64,000 nt of DNA from Octopus sinensis (taxonomy: Eukaryota), in assembly GCF_006345805.1 (NCBI RefSeq), contig NC_043017.1, forward strand, positions 6,634,001-6,698,000, read 5' to 3'. Made by a program: the position numbers and the translations under genes. Every line of letters begins with the position of its first letter. The first letter of the stretch is position 1. The notes beneath the pieces were generated by a model. That model saw only the letters and a list, made by a program, of their open reading frames with translations, ran no database searches and was not told the origin of the DNA. Shown piece by piece: positions 62,781 to 64,000 of this stretch.

Positions 62781-64000
62781 CTGTGTGAGGATGGCACCAC
62801 ATACACTTGTGTGTATGTGTGTGTGTTGCACTTTGTGTTCGTGTGTGTGTGGCACCATGTATACTTCTGTGTTTCTCTGTGTATGTTGCAGCTTGTGATT
62901 GTGTGTATATGTGTGTGTGTGTGTGCCCTACTTTATTGCAAGCATTAGGACCGAGTGTCTGCTGGTTTAAGAGTATTTTCCTCTCATCAGTGTCATGGAC
63001 CCTGAATAATATCATAGATGCTGTTGCACCGTCTCTGGTTAAAACCATTCAAAAAATAAATAAAATGGTTGTAATGAACAGTGTTCTAGAGAGTGGTAGA
63101 ATTCTTGGAATACCTGCAAAAATTATTTACAGTCTATCTTCCGGCTATCTGGGTTCAAATCTCACCTGTTTATAGAAGGCAATAGGGAAACCACTCTAAA
63201 ATTCATCACAAGTCCATGTCCAGTAAGTTCCCCATCATAAATTCACCGGGTTTTTTTTTTTTTAGTTTTTTGGGATTTTTTTCAATTAAATACTTTTTAA
63301 TTATTAATGGTAAGATACTATGGATATATTTGCTTGATAAACTTTCATCACAGCGAATTGATGGGGATAGACTTACCTGTAATCGTATTGTCATGCTAGC
63401 CGAAGTTGCAGTTACCTATTTAACGGCAACAGGAAAGGGTACGGGCCCTCACAGGTTTATGGAGAGTGCTGGACCTGCCTAAGGGCAAACCACTGCTAGC
63501 GATCTATACGTTATATAGCCATGTTCCATGCCTGCACAGGTTGGATGGTTTGACAGGGTCTGATGAGCCCAAAGGCAGCATCCTGCCCCAGTGTCTACTT
63601 TGGCAGGGTTTCTATAGCTTGATGCCCTCCCTAATGTCAACCTCTTTACAACATGTACTGGGTCCTTTTTGAGTGCCACCAGCGCTTGTGCAGTCGACGT
63701 GCAGTTTGCAAGACTGCAACCCCTGAGGGGTGGGCAACAACTTTATTTCAGGAGAATAAGGTGTTTCAATTTCGTTGTCCTTGCACCAGTGGCCCAGGAG
63801 GAGTTAATGAACATAAAAATGAAACGGATAGAGAAACATCACAGTTTTCTAGTTTTCTCATTTTCTTTCTTGTGTATTTCAATATTTCTTCTCCCTTTCT
63901 CTCTCTCTCTCCCCCTCTCTATCAGCCTTTTACTAACAAACCTGACTTCCTTTTCTCTCTACTTCCTTATATATATCTCTCCCCGCCTTTCCTTCATATT

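Overview
AT-rich, microsatellite-saturated animal genomic DNA. The SINE, LINE and (TA)n landscape is what I associate with Octopus (inference, not verified). The only supportable host gene is a tubby/TULP-family gene on the + strand. Nine GT-AG exons from 15578 to 57281 join in one consistent frame: 343 codons if translation starts at ATG 15600, comprising an N-terminal basic helix plus about two thirds of the Tubby domain. The C-terminal exons must lie beyond base 64000. Nearly all ORFs in the supplied track are translations of microsatellites or minisatellites. The introns and upstream region carry at least four SINE-like families, a frameshifted RTE-clade LINE with a tandem-repeat 3' UTR, further RTE fragments, mariner/Tc1, hAT and piggyBac-type non-autonomous elements, and many fold-back palindromes. 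The most interesting signal is a set of minimal type-I hammerhead-ribozyme folds in short elements that mostly sit in (TA)n tracts. They belong to three unrelated sequence families with non-canonical cores: a G3:C8 swap, a U3:A8 swap, and CUGUNGA plus an extra A. All have palindromic stem III. Repeat boundaries are approximate, read by eye; exon boundaries were counted base by base.
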